64,000 bases of DNA from Gracilinanus agilis (lineage: Eukaryota), in assembly GCF_016433145.1 (NCBI RefSeq), contig NC_058135.1, forward strand, positions 298,610,694 through 298,674,693, written 5' to 3'. How positions within the stretch are numbered: position 1 is the first letter of the stretch; every line of letters begins with the position of its first letter. The notes under the pieces were generated by a model. It had not been told where the DNA came from. It did not search any database and was given only the letters and a program-made list of their open reading frames with translations. Positions 45,291 to 56,880 of this stretch are shown piece by piece. The position numbers and the translations under genes were made by a program.

Positions 45291-46861
45291 TCAATTGCGG
45301 GGGAATAGCTGCTGCCTCTGGGCCAGGCCGATGAGTCCCAAGATCAAAACCGTGGCCAGCACTGCCAGCAGGAGGAGGGAGAAGATCAGGGCGAAGATGT
45401 TAAGGCACTTGGCGGTGGACCCGTAGCTCCGCGCTGAATCCAGGTCCCCCACCACCTTCCGGTCTCTGGCCTGGGCGGGGGGACGAGAGGCAGCCGGGGT
45501 TAGTGAGAGGCCGGGGGCCGATTTCCAGCTCAGCCGCTCGNNNNNNNNNNNNNNNNNNNNNNNNNNNNNNNNNNNNNNNNNNNNNNNNNNNNNNNNNNNN
45601 NNNNNNNNNNNNNNNNNNNNNNNNNNNNNNNNNNNNNNNNNNNNNNNNNNNNNNNNNNNNNNNNNNNNNNNNNNNNNNNNNNNNNNNNNNNNNNNNNNNN
45701 NNNNNNNNNNNNNNNNNNNNNNNNNCCCTCCCTCTGCCTCTGTCTCTCTCGGTCTCTCTCCGTCTCTGTCTCTGTCTCTGCCTGTCTCTCTGTCTCTCTC
45801 CGTCTCTGTCTGTCTCTCTCTGTCTCTGTCTCTGTCTGTGTCTCTCTCCCCTCTCCCTCCCGCCCTCCCTCTGCCTCTCGGTCTCTCNNNNNNNNNNNNN
45901 NNNNNNNNNNNNNNNNNNNNNNNNNNNNNNNNNNNNNNNNNNNNNNNNNNNNNNNNNNNNNNNNNNNNNNNNNNNNNNNNNNNNNNNNNNNNNNNNNNNN
46001 NNNNNNNNNNNNNNNNNNNNNNNNNNNNNNNNNNNNNNNNNNNNNNNNNNNNNNNNNNNNNNNNNNNNNNNNNNNNNNNNNNNNNNNNNNNNNNNNNNNN
46101 NNNNNNNNNNNNNNNNNNNNNNNNNNNNNNNNNNNNNNNNNNNNNNNNNNNNNNNNNNNNNNNNNNNNNNNNNNNNNNNNNNNNNNNNNNNNNNNNNNNN
46201 NNNNNNNNNNNNNNNNNNNNNNNNNNNNNNNNNNNNNNNNNNNNNNNNNNNNNNNNCTCCCTCCNNNNNNNNNNNNNNNNNNNNNNNNNNNNNNNNNNNN
46301 NNNNNNNNNNNNNNNNNNNNNNNNNNNNNNNNNNNNNNNNNNNNNNNNNNNNNNNNNNNNNNNNNNNNNNNNNNNNNNNNNNNNNNNNNNNNNNNNNNNN
46401 NNNNNNNNNNNNNNNNNNNNNNNNNNNNNNNCTCCCTCCCGCCCTCCCTCTGCCTCTGTCTCTGTCTGTGTCTCTCTCCGTCTCCGTCTCTGTCTCTCTC
46501 TGTCTCTGTCTGTGTCTGTATCTCTCTCTGTCTCTGTCTGTGTCTCTCTTCCCTCTCCCTCCCGCCCTCCCTCTGCCTCTCGGTCTCTCTCCGGCTCACG
46601 CGCCGGCACTGGCGCACGTGGCCCCCCCTCCCCCACCCCGCCGCCTACCTTCACGGAGAAGGCGAGCGCCGCGATGCCCAGGCAGCAGAAGTTCATGTAG
46701 AGGGCGTTGAACAAGGACCAGACAAAGAAGTCCTTCGGGGGCGGATCACAGGAGCGGATGTTGATGGTGGTGGAGGTCTCGGCCTCCTCGGAGAGCAGCT
46801 TAGAGCTGGGGGGGAAAGCGCCGTTGATGTGGCCAAGGGGGAGCGTCTGGGTGCTGGCCAT
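45291..46861 (-). CDS. IFITM family gene B (IFITM3-like, lacks the Y20 motif), 130 aa
   Basis: Exons 46861-46649 and 45470-45291. Protein: [136 protein letters not shown] at 45198-45203 (minus). Confidence 0.93.
45541..46575. repeat. (TC/TCTG)n-rich microsatellite with N gaps in the IFITM-B intron
   Basis: CT-rich low-complexity sequence interrupted by N runs of 185, 369 and 167 nt. Confidence 0.85.
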
Positions 46862-46960
46862 GGCGCGGGAGCCTCGGAAAGTGAGTGAGGAGCTGCCTGA
46901 GCGGCGGGCAGGCAGGCCAGGGGGAGGGGCCTCCTCGCACAGCCCACCTCCCCTCTGCCA

Positions 46961-46974
46961 ACTTTCGATTTCCC
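46961..46974 (-). promoter_or_regulatory. ISRE/IRF element upstream of IFITM-B
   Basis: GGGAAATCGAAAGT on the minus strand (GAAANNGAAA consensus), 100 nt upstream of the ATG. Confidence 0.75.
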
Positions 46975-47299
46975 CGAGCAGCCCAGCCTCTCCCAGAACA
47001 GAAACCGGTGAAGCGGGGCCTCCAGCTGGGTGCAGAGGGTTCCCCCCATCCCAGGCTGGGGAGGGCGCTGGGCCCCGGCTCCCGGCAGCCTCCCCTCACT
47101 GTGGGCCCCCTGAGCTTGCCCCAAAGCTGGCCCTAGGCCTGAGCTTGCTCCAGGGTCCCCTCCTAGTTCCGGAAGACCAGAATCCCCTCAGGCTGCTGTC
47201 CACCCGGCAGCCCTCGGGAGAAGTGCAGGCCTGGCCTTGTCTGGGTCGGCCCCGGGGCTGGTAGGCAGGAGCAGCTTCTCCTACTCAAACTCTGGGAGT

Positions 47300-48150
47300 T
47301 GTGAGTCTCACCTTGATTGACAGGTGAAGACAGTGGAATGTTCCCCGAGGCTGGAGGACAGGAGGAAAGGCGGTTGGCCAGAGGAGATAAATACCCTCCC
47401 TGACAGCCAGCTGACAAGGCCCTTGGCTTTGACCCTCGGCCTGGGACGTTGATCTGAGCTTGGAGCAGTGACCTGTGTGGGTCCTCTGGTTCTCATCTGA
47501 ACCATCACTAGACATTTAGGGAGCCGGGAAGAGGGAAGGAGAAGCAGCAGAGGGAGGTGAGGGAGGTGTTTCCTGAGGGCTGTAGCACTGACACAACAAC
47601 TGGCAGAAAGAAGCTGAGAGGGATCAGCGATATCCGAATCATCAGCCGAGCAGATTGCTTTCTCTGGTTTGGCCGAGGCCAAGCTGAGCCCGAGGAAGGG
47701 AAGGAGAGCTCCAGCATTACTGAAACAGCCTGCTGGCCTGAGGGATTAGTGATCCTAGCCACCAGTGACAGGGTCTCCTGTCCCCAATCCGTTCCTGATC
47801 ATCCCTTTCCCTTATAAAGTTGATTAAGTACCTTCCTGAGTGGTCATTACATCAGAGCCCTTGGGGAGGGAGCAACACAGTCAGATGAAAATGTGATCCA
47901 AGGCTAACAGGGCCCAATATTCACAATCAGTCCAACCCCAGGTGGGACCTGAAAGGGCTACCCATCCACTGACCTTTAGGGATCCTTCCTGGGTGCTGTT
48001 ATTGAGAAGGGCAGTTATTATACCATCCAGCTGAGTGACAGGACTCATGCGTCCCTGCACCAGCTATCAAGGGAGACCAAGGCACAGCTTCCCTGATCAA
48101 TATGCCCTATAATAACTAGAATAGTAGACAAAGATACCTTCTTTATAACA
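47300..48150 (+). mobile_element. Candidate solo LTR or LTR-like element (left boundary uncertain)
   Basis: More AT-rich than its flanks. It begins with TGTGAG, ends TATAACA exactly at the duplication breakpoint and contains a TATA-like gataaata near 47388. No target-site duplication was found, so the call is tentative. Confidence 0.35.
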
Positions 48151-49279
48151 TGTGCGAGCAGGGCCATAGGACGGGCAGGGAGAAGCTGCCCACAAGGGAT
48201 GCCGAGGAAGGCGAGGCAGCCTGGGCCCCAAGGCGGGGAGGAACTATGTGGGAATGGGGGGAAAGCTGGGGAGGTGATGCCCTCGCTCTGAGGTGGTCCA
48301 GGAAGGTCCTGAGAGGAGGGAAGCGGCTGCTGGGGGGCTGGCCTCGAGAGGGGGTGTTAGAAAGGCTGTGGGGACTAAGAACCTTAATCTCTGGGGTGGA
48401 AGGTGACTTGGCCAAGGTAACCCAGGGAGGGAAAGAAATGAGGTCCAGGCGGAGAGGAGGAGGACAGAAGCTCCTCGGGAAGGAGGCTGGAAAGGATGAT
48501 GTCTTAGCCCCCAGGAAAGGAGAGCCCAGCAAAAGGGCAGGCTGGAAGTGGGGGAAGCCAGCGGGGCACAGAGGGCCGGGAGCTTGGGCTCCAAGCGCGC
48601 CCTGGCGGCCGCTGCCGAGATTGCACGCTGAGCAGCCACACCTGGCTTCCCCCTGACCCCAAGAAGCTCTCTGGGGCAGCTCTGGGAATGCGGGTGGCTC
48701 CGAGAGGGCCAGCCTCCAGAGAAGGTTCCCGGAGGCTTTGGAGGCTTCCCTCCGCCGGTCAGCTACCCACCGGGCTTTCTTTGGGAGGGAGAGAGCGAGC
48801 CCCGAAGGAAAAGGAGTCTGGAAATCGGGGGACCCGGTCCAGAGCCCCTCAGCTCGACCAGGATGCCGCGTCTGCCCCAGGAAGGGCGGGCGGAGTCCCG
48901 CAGATCAAAGCCACCCTCAGGATGCCATACCCAACCCTCTGGGCTCTCCACCCTCGGCCGCAGGGACTCTCTTATTTTTAGCCCCTGCGGCGGCGGCGCC
49001 TTTCTCAGCTTCCCTTGGCTCTGGCAGGGCAGGAAAATGAAGAGGAAAAGAAAAAGCAGCCAATTAGAGGGCGGCTGGTGGGGCCGAAGTCTCTAGCCAG
49101 AAGGGACCTCCAGCGGGAGGCACATCAGATGGCACCAGCTTGGCCTTGATCTCCTGCTGGGCTTTGGGTGGTGTCAGCCTGGTGGCCCATGAAGACCTCT
49201 GAGGGGTGCCTCCCTCTAAGGAGAACTGGGGTGGGGGGAGGCACGCTGGGTGGCCCAGTGGATAGAGCCATGGCTTTCA

Positions 49280-49350
49280 GTCTGGCCTCAGAAATGCCTA
49301 GCTGTGTGACCCTGGGCAAGTCCTTTCAGCTTTGGACCCCCTGTTTAGCA
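49280..49350 (+). mobile_element. MIR/core-SINE fragment
   Basis: cagtctggcctcagaaatgcctagctgtgtgaccctgggcaagtcc. Confidence 0.7.
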
Positions 49351-49811
49351 GCCATTCTAAGGCAGAAGATAAGGGTTAAGGAAGCTAAACTGGGAGCCCC
49401 ATCCTGTCCCAGGGAGCAGCCACTTTCTGCTGCCCCCCTTGGGCTCGCTAGGGGGAGGGGGTCCAGGGGAGTGTGCTTCAGCGCCTGGGGGGGGATCTCA
49501 TTGGTCGGACTCCCAGAAGCCTCCCCTAAATGGCCGAGATCCCCAGGAGCCCCTGGGAAGGGGAGCAGATGGAGCTGAAGGAGGACGGGATCTCTTGGGG
49601 GTGGGGAAGAGTCCCCCTCCCTTCTGGGGGGGGAAAGCTAGAGAGAGGGAGGTAGGCCTTTGGGGGGGGTGTCCGAAGGGCCAGCTCCTATTGGTTCTTG
49701 GGGTGAGCAAGCCGCCAGGGGATACGGGCCGAGTTTCCTCCAGGGAAGTTTCTCCCCCTCCCCCACCCAAGAGATGTCTCGGGGAGAGGCAGAGAGGGAC
49801 GTGCTGGGTGA

Positions 49812-50914
<1,103 letters not shown>

Positions 50915-51760
50915 GCCTGCGCCGCCCCCCCCCCCAGCCGTCCAGTCCTCGCCCAGTTATCTCTCCAGAAAGACCCAATCCTCCCCCTTCCCCCCTCTGC
51001 AGGCCACTTCCGGTCAGGCCCCCATCTCGGGCGGGGCCCGGGGTGGAACGCGGGTCGGCACGAGGCTTTTCGTGGCAAATGCCCCGCCCCCACCCCCGCG
51101 CCCAAGGCTGACTCTTCAGAGAGCCCAGCCAGGGTCAGCGGGACCCCCGGCTCCCTCCCCCGGGGGTCCCCCCGCCCTGCGCCCTAGCCCAAACTTCCAG
51201 GCCCGCCGGCCTTCTCGTTGGCGAGCATCCTCCGGGCTCCCCGCCTCGCGCCCCCAGCCAGCGTCTGAGCTCCGGGTCCGAGGGTCTTTCGCGCAGGCCC
51301 GTGGCCGTGTGCCCCCGCCCAGGAGTGGGGGCGGCGATTGTTCGCTAGTGTAGAAGCCGGGGATGGGGGCCCTTGGAACCCGGGGGCTCCCCGCCCGGGT
51401 GGCCTCCGTGCCCCTGGCCGCTGGGAGAGGGGCCCACGGAGCGTCCCAGCCCGGGGTGTGGTGGGCCCGGCAGCCCCTAATTACAGGGTGGCGCCTCTCC
51501 TGTTCCCCTTCCCTCCCCCGAGTTCCTGCCGCGCCTCCCTCTCTGGCCGGAGCCCCCACCTCGGGCTCGGCGGCTCTTCTCCAGCCTGGCCGGTCGGGCT
51601 CCGCGCCCCCCCCCCCCCAATCCCGGCCTAGCCCGATCCACCCCTGGTCTGGGTGTGTCCCGGCCGGGCCGCCCTCCTCCTCACGCGGGGGTCCCGGTTT
51701 CTGGAAGGCCCGAATCGTGCACCTCTGGGCCGCCTGAGGCCCGGCACACAGTAGGTGCTC

Positions 51761-51766
51761 AATAAA
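51761..51766 (+). terminator. Probable IFITM5 polyadenylation signal inside a MIR-tail-like sequence
   Basis: The only AATAAA seen downstream of the IFITM5 stop before the PGGHG 3' end. Context: ggcccggcacacagtaggtgctcAATAAA. Confidence 0.55.
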
Positions 51767-51911
51767 GGACTGACCCCCCCAAGGGACTCGAGCCTGTTTC
51801 CAACAACTCCTGGGCCCAAGAGTGTCGGCGCCCGGCGGGGGGGGGGAGGGGGGAATACGGCGGCCTCAGAGGAGACCAAGGACCGGCTGGAGGGGGCAGA
51901 GGCCGCCGACA

Positions 51912-51917
51912 TTTATT
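51912..51917 (-). terminator. PGGHG polyadenylation signal AATAAA
   Basis: tttatt on the plus strand, about 245 nt past the PGGHG stop. Confidence 0.7.
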
Positions 51918-52161
51918 GAGTCCCTGCCGAGGGGAGGCCTGGGAAGCCGGGGAGAGAGGCTGGACGGGGCCTGGAGGTCCCGCCCTGGAGGGGTGGCAGT
52001 GCGGAAGCCGCGCGGGGAGACGAGAACGCTCCCGAGGCCGGAGAAGGGAAGGCAGGGAGGGGGGCTCGGCCTGCCCGAGGAAGATGCCCCAGGCGGTGGG
52101 GGCGAAGGAGGCCGCCAAGGGGCACTCGGGCCGGAGAGGCCCCCTCCCGGGTCTCCGCCGT

Positions 52162-55100
52162 CTACACGGGCGCCCTCTGGATCCTTCCGGCAGCGGCGGG
52201 GAAGGAGATCTCGCGTCCTGAGGGGGAGCCGCAGACTCAGCTGGGACGCCGTCGGGCCGAAGGCCCAGGGACCGCCCCCGCCCCGCCCCTCCCCTCGCCG
52301 GGGCGGGGCCTCACCCACGGGCAGGGGGAGGCGCTTCCCAGAAGGCCTCAGCTCCACCTCCAGGGGCGGGGCCCCCGGGACCCCCGCGGCCGTCACTTCG
52401 ATGGTCACCGCCTCCTCGGAGAAGTCCAGGCGGAGCTTGTGGCCCAGGTAGGAGACCCCGGGGAGCCGCACGGCCAGAACGGGGGCGGAGCACGCGGGGT
52501 CGAAGAGCAGGCCGGCCCCGGTGATCCTGTCGGGGGCGGCCCGAGTGAGAGCGGCCACGACTCCGGGAGCCCCGCGCCCCGCCCCCGCCCCCAGCCCTCC
52601 GCACCTGAGGCCCGTGAAGCCGAACAGCACCGCCTGCAGGAAGCCCCCCATCCCGGTCAGGAAGTTCACCGCGCCCGAGCCGTCCGCGTTCTCCGTCCAC
52701 ACCTACGAGGACGATCCAGGCGCTGCCTCCGGGCCCCCCGCCCCGTTCCCCCACCGGCCGGGAGGGCAGCGCCGAGCCTCACCTTGAAGGGCTCCGAGAT
52801 GTTGGAGAAGCACTTCCTGAGCTGTTCCAGGGCCTTCCGGGGCTCCTTCAGCTCCAGCCAGCCCACCGCAAACATGCTCTGGGGGAGAGGAGTGCGCGGC
52901 CTGCCCTCCCGCCCAGGAGCCCCGGGGCCCCCCTCTCCTCCCCATTCCGGTCCGGGGAGACTGAGGCCAGGCGGCGGCCCCCCCCCCCGCCCCCTTTACC
53001 CAGGACATTGCCGGGCCCTGGCGGGACGTCACAGCTTCGTAGGTCTCCAGATTGGTCCTGCGAACATCCGGGCTCAGGGCGTAGGGCACTGGGTAGCCCA
53101 GGAGGACCACGTCGGCCTGCTTGACCGTCTGTCCTGGGGGCAGAGTGCGGAGCACCCCGGGGTGCTCGGGATTAGCCGGCGGCGCGGGGCACCGAGGCCC
53201 CCTTCCCCCCCTCCACAGACCCCAAAGCCCTGGTCTGGAAGCGGGCGGGGCAAAGGCAGGATGGGGGCGGGGCGCGCTCACCCGGCTCGTAGCCGTCGAA
53301 CTCCGGGTGGTACTTCCTCTCCCTATCGAAGGGCACCTTCATCTTCTCGGCCACCGTCACCCAAAGGTCGGGGACTGGCCGGCCCAGGTCCCCGGCCAGA
53401 TCAGCGGCGAAGCGTAAGCTGCGGGGGGCGGGGCCGAGCTGAGGCGGGGCTGCGGGGCTCCGGGGCGGGGCCTCCCGCTTTACCTCCCCACCAGCCCACT
53501 CACCTGGTCTGAGCTATGACGTTGGTGTAGACAGAGTTGTTGACCCCGGAGTGGTACTCGTCTGGGGGCATCACCCCTGGGGGGGCGGGGGGGAGCTCTG
53601 AGCGCACCGGCCAGCGCTGGCCGCCCCCTCCGGGCCCTCCACCCGACCCTCACCTCGGAGCTGGTAGTTCTGCTCCTCCTCGCACCACGTGACCCGGCTA
53701 CACCAGAAGTCAGCCACGGCCCTGACCACGTCCCAGCCACCCGCCTCTTGAAAGAGCTGCACGTCCTGGGGCGAGGGGGGGCAGTGGGGAGAGGCCGTCC
53801 CCCCCTCCCTCCTCTCCCTCCCTCCCTCCAGTGCCTCCAGGGTACCTGGGTGGCCTGGTAATAGAGCTGGAAGGCCAGCAGCACCGCCCCGTTGACGTGG
53901 ATCTCCTGGGTCCCATAGATTTCCTCAGGACAGACCTCTCTGCCAGAGCTGGCACTTTCCCAGGCAAACTTGGCACCCTGAGGAGGGAGGGGGCCCGAAG
54001 GGGCCTTGAGGATGGAGCCAAGACCTTTTGGAAGTGGGTGGGATCAAGCCAAGGGCATCATGGCCACAGGCTTGAATTTCTCCTCTCCCTCCACTCCCTT
54101 GTGCCTTTGGGCCCAGCACTTGGTGCTCCTGGGCCTCAGTTTTCTCATCTGTAAAATGGGAGAGTTGGAGTCAGTGGTCCTCTCAAAGGAGCAGGCCAGA
54201 CCATGAAGGCAAAGCCCAAGCAGCCCCTGCCATCCATGGGCCCAGCTAAGTCATCGGGAGGAACTTGAGGCTGAGGACACTAACAGAAAGGGCAAACTTG
54301 GCTTCAAAGAGGCTGGTCTGAGGAGGGATCATATTCCAGGCATGAGGCACAGCCTAGTCAAAAGGGTGGAGGTGGGGGATATGACTCTGAGGTTTGGCCT
54401 TCAGGGGGTGGAAGATGGGAAACGGTAGGGAAAGGCAGGAAGCAGGCTGCCAAGGGGCCTTATTCCCTCCTTTTGCAGGTGAGGGAGCTGAGGCTGGGTC
54501 AGGTCATGCGGAGGAATCCACATGGAAAGCCGCCCACCTGAAATCCCAGCAGCTTGGCGTTGGCCAAGGCCCCGGCCAGGGTCCGGATTCGATACTCCAG
54601 GATGCTCCTGGCAGCGCTGGGCTCCAACAGGAGGATGCTGGGAAACATCCAGATGTCCTGCAGCAAAGATGCTGGCCTCAGGGGGGGAGGGGCGGGGCCC
54701 GAGGTGCGCAGGGGGCCGAGGGGCCCCGCGGCCGGCTGCCTCACCTGATCCCAGAAGACGTGGCCCCAGTAGCACTGGCCGCGGGCCCCATTGGAGAGGC
54801 CTCCAGGGCTGAGCCCGTGGAAGGGCTCGCGGCAGCCCGGGGGCGGCAGCGCGCTGAGCGTGTAGTAGAGGCACCCCCGCAGGGCCTGTCTCAGGGCGAG
54901 GGGCCCCTCCAGGTCCGCGGCCCAGGCCTCCCACAGCGCCGACCAGGCCGCGGTGTGGCGCGGGTACAGGCTGCCCGCCGCGCGCATGCCCAGGGCCTCC
55001 AGGAACTGGGCCTCGGCTTGCGCCCGGCTGCCCGCCACCAGCGTCAGGAAGTCCCACGTGCGCTCCTGCTCGTCCGCCGCCAGGCTCAGCGCGGGCGGCA

Positions 55101-55177
55101 CCGGCGTCCACAGCAGGTGCACCTCGGCCAGGGCGCCTCCTGGCTGCTCCGGGACCAGCGTGCGGCCGTGAAGGTAC
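52162..55177 (-). CDS. PGGHG: Protein-glucosylgalactosylhydroxylysine glucosidase (ATHL1, GH65), 3' part (11 exons)
   Basis: Minus-strand exons 55177-54745, 54657-54538, 53977-53846, 53765-53654, 53576-53504, 53418-53282, 53133-53000, 52878-52783, 52702-52605, 52526-52315, 52217-52162, all phase-consistent. Catalytic-region motifs [30 protein letters not shown] and [23 protein letters not shown]. Confidence 0.95.
54120..54170 (+). mobile_element. MIR core fragment in a PGGHG intron
   Basis: ctcctgggcctcagttttctcatctgtaaaatgggagagttgga. Confidence 0.7.
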
Positions 55178-55226
55178 CTGGCCGGGCAGAGGGGCGGCTA
55201 CTCCCGGGACCGCCCCCGCCCCGCCC

Positions 55227-55726
55227 NNNNNNNNNNNNNNNNNNNNNNNNNNNNNNNNNNNNNNNNNNNNNNNNNNNNNNNNNNNNNNNNNNNNNNNNNN
55301 NNNNNNNNNNNNNNNNNNNNNNNNNNNNNNNNNNNNNNNNNNNNNNNNNNNNNNNNNNNNNNNNNNNNNNNNNNNNNNNNNNNNNNNNNNNNNNNNNNNN
55401 NNNNNNNNNNNNNNNNNNNNNNNNNNNNNNNNNNNNNNNNNNNNNNNNNNNNNNNNNNNNNNNNNNNNNNNNNNNNNNNNNNNNNNNNNNNNNNNNNNNN
55501 NNNNNNNNNNNNNNNNNNNNNNNNNNNNNNNNNNNNNNNNNNNNNNNNNNNNNNNNNNNNNNNNNNNNNNNNNNNNNNNNNNNNNNNNNNNNNNNNNNNN
55601 NNNNNNNNNNNNNNNNNNNNNNNNNNNNNNNNNNNNNNNNNNNNNNNNNNNNNNNNNNNNNNNNNNNNNNNNNNNNNNNNNNNNNNNNNNNNNNNNNNNN
55701 NNNNNNNNNNNNNNNNNNNNNNNNNN
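55227..55726. other. 500-N scaffold join of unknown true size and orientation
   Basis: Exactly 500 N. The PGGHG 5' exons are not found on the far side. Confidence 0.9.
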
Positions 55727-56065
55727 GGGGGGGTGAGGGGGGGTCGTCTGTGCCCGAGCACTGATCCAGGATAAAACAAGTGCTCTCTTGTAAGGACTCA
55801 AAGCCATTCACGAGTTAGTGTTCCACTGGTAAGTTAATGAGTTTGTGTCCATCCCCCAGAAGAATGATCCATCCACACATTCTTCCACATGAAGGAAAGA
55901 GTCAGCCAGCTCTTGTGTAACTCACGTGCCCCTTATTCACTTGGGAACCCTGGCGAAGTAGCCACCTGTCTTTTGGGTTTCACTGCTCCCTCCTGGATTT
56001 TCTAGTAAATATGCACTCTCCCCTTCCTCTTCAGCTACCCAGCTCTGCTCCAAGCCCGCACTGGC

Positions 56066-56880
56066 TGAATGCTCCAAATCATTGTTGCCTGGAGAAATGC
56101 ACATTCAAACGCCTCTGAGGTACCACTTCACACCTATCAGACTGGCCCACATGACAGAAAAGGAGAGACTAAGGAAGGAAAATTGAACATCTCTGCTGTT
56201 GGGGTTCTAAATTGATCCAGCCAATTTGGAACTGTGCCCAAAGGGCCTTAACGGGCTGCCTGCCCTTTGATCCAGCCATAGCACTGCTAGGTCTGAACCC
56301 CAAAGAGATCATAAAAAATGTTTGTAAAAAAGTATTCATAGCCGCACTCTTTGTGGTGGCAAAAACCTCGATTGGGGAACGGCTGAACACATTGTGGTAT
56401 CTGTTGGTGATGGAATATTATTGTGCTCAAAGAAATAATGAACTGGAGGAATTCCATGTGAACTGGAAAGACCTCCAGAAACTGATGCAGAGCGAAAGGA
56501 GCAGAGCCAGAAGAACATTGTACACAGAGACTGATACATTGTAGCACAATCGAATGTAACTGACTTTGCTACTAGCGGCAATGCAATGACCCAGGACAAT
56601 CCAGAGGGACTTGGGAGAAAGATGCTCTCCACATCCAGAGAAAGAACTGTGGGAGCAGGAATGCAGAAGAAAAACATATGATTGATCACTTGTTTATATG
56701 GGTATAGGATGGAGGGGGTTGGTGACTATTATAAAAATTAATATGGAAACAGGTATCAAATGATACGACAAGTATAACCCAGTGGACCGGCTTCTCAGCT
56801 CTGGTAGGGGGGGAGGGAGGGGGAGAGGAAGTGAAGTGGGGCACTTTGTGCCACAAGGTCCAGACATCCAAAAGTTCAAA
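56066..56880 (+). mobile_element. LINE-1 3' end (ORF2 C-terminus and 3' UTR), marsupial/opossum type
   Basis: ggagaaatgcacattcaaacgcctctgaggtaccacttcacacctatcagactggc; tgaactggaggaattccatgtgaactggaaagacctccagaaactgatgcagagcgaaaggagcagagccagaagaacattgtacacagagactgatac; aaagaactgtgggagcagg. Confidence 0.88.

Larger units (their letters stand above)
42458..48150 (+). repeat. Segmental duplication arm 1 (~5.7 kb), inverted copy of 58047-63768
   Basis: Reverse-complement identity begins at ggctgccaagaaagcacacagg (42458 <-> 63768) and ends at ccttctttataaca (48150 <-> 58047). The ORF track shows mirror-image, near-identical ORFs throughout. The flanks differ on both sides. Confidence 0.95.

Noticed and set aside
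45726-46575. ERQRETE / LSLCLC low-complexity ORFs
   Set aside because: Translations of the intronic (GA/TC)n microsatellite.
52162-52217. PGGHG C-terminus shorter than human (ends GRIQRAPV)
   Set aside because: The human extension is a low-complexity tail past the catalytic domain and, from memory, is short in rodents too. Not evidence of pseudogenisation.
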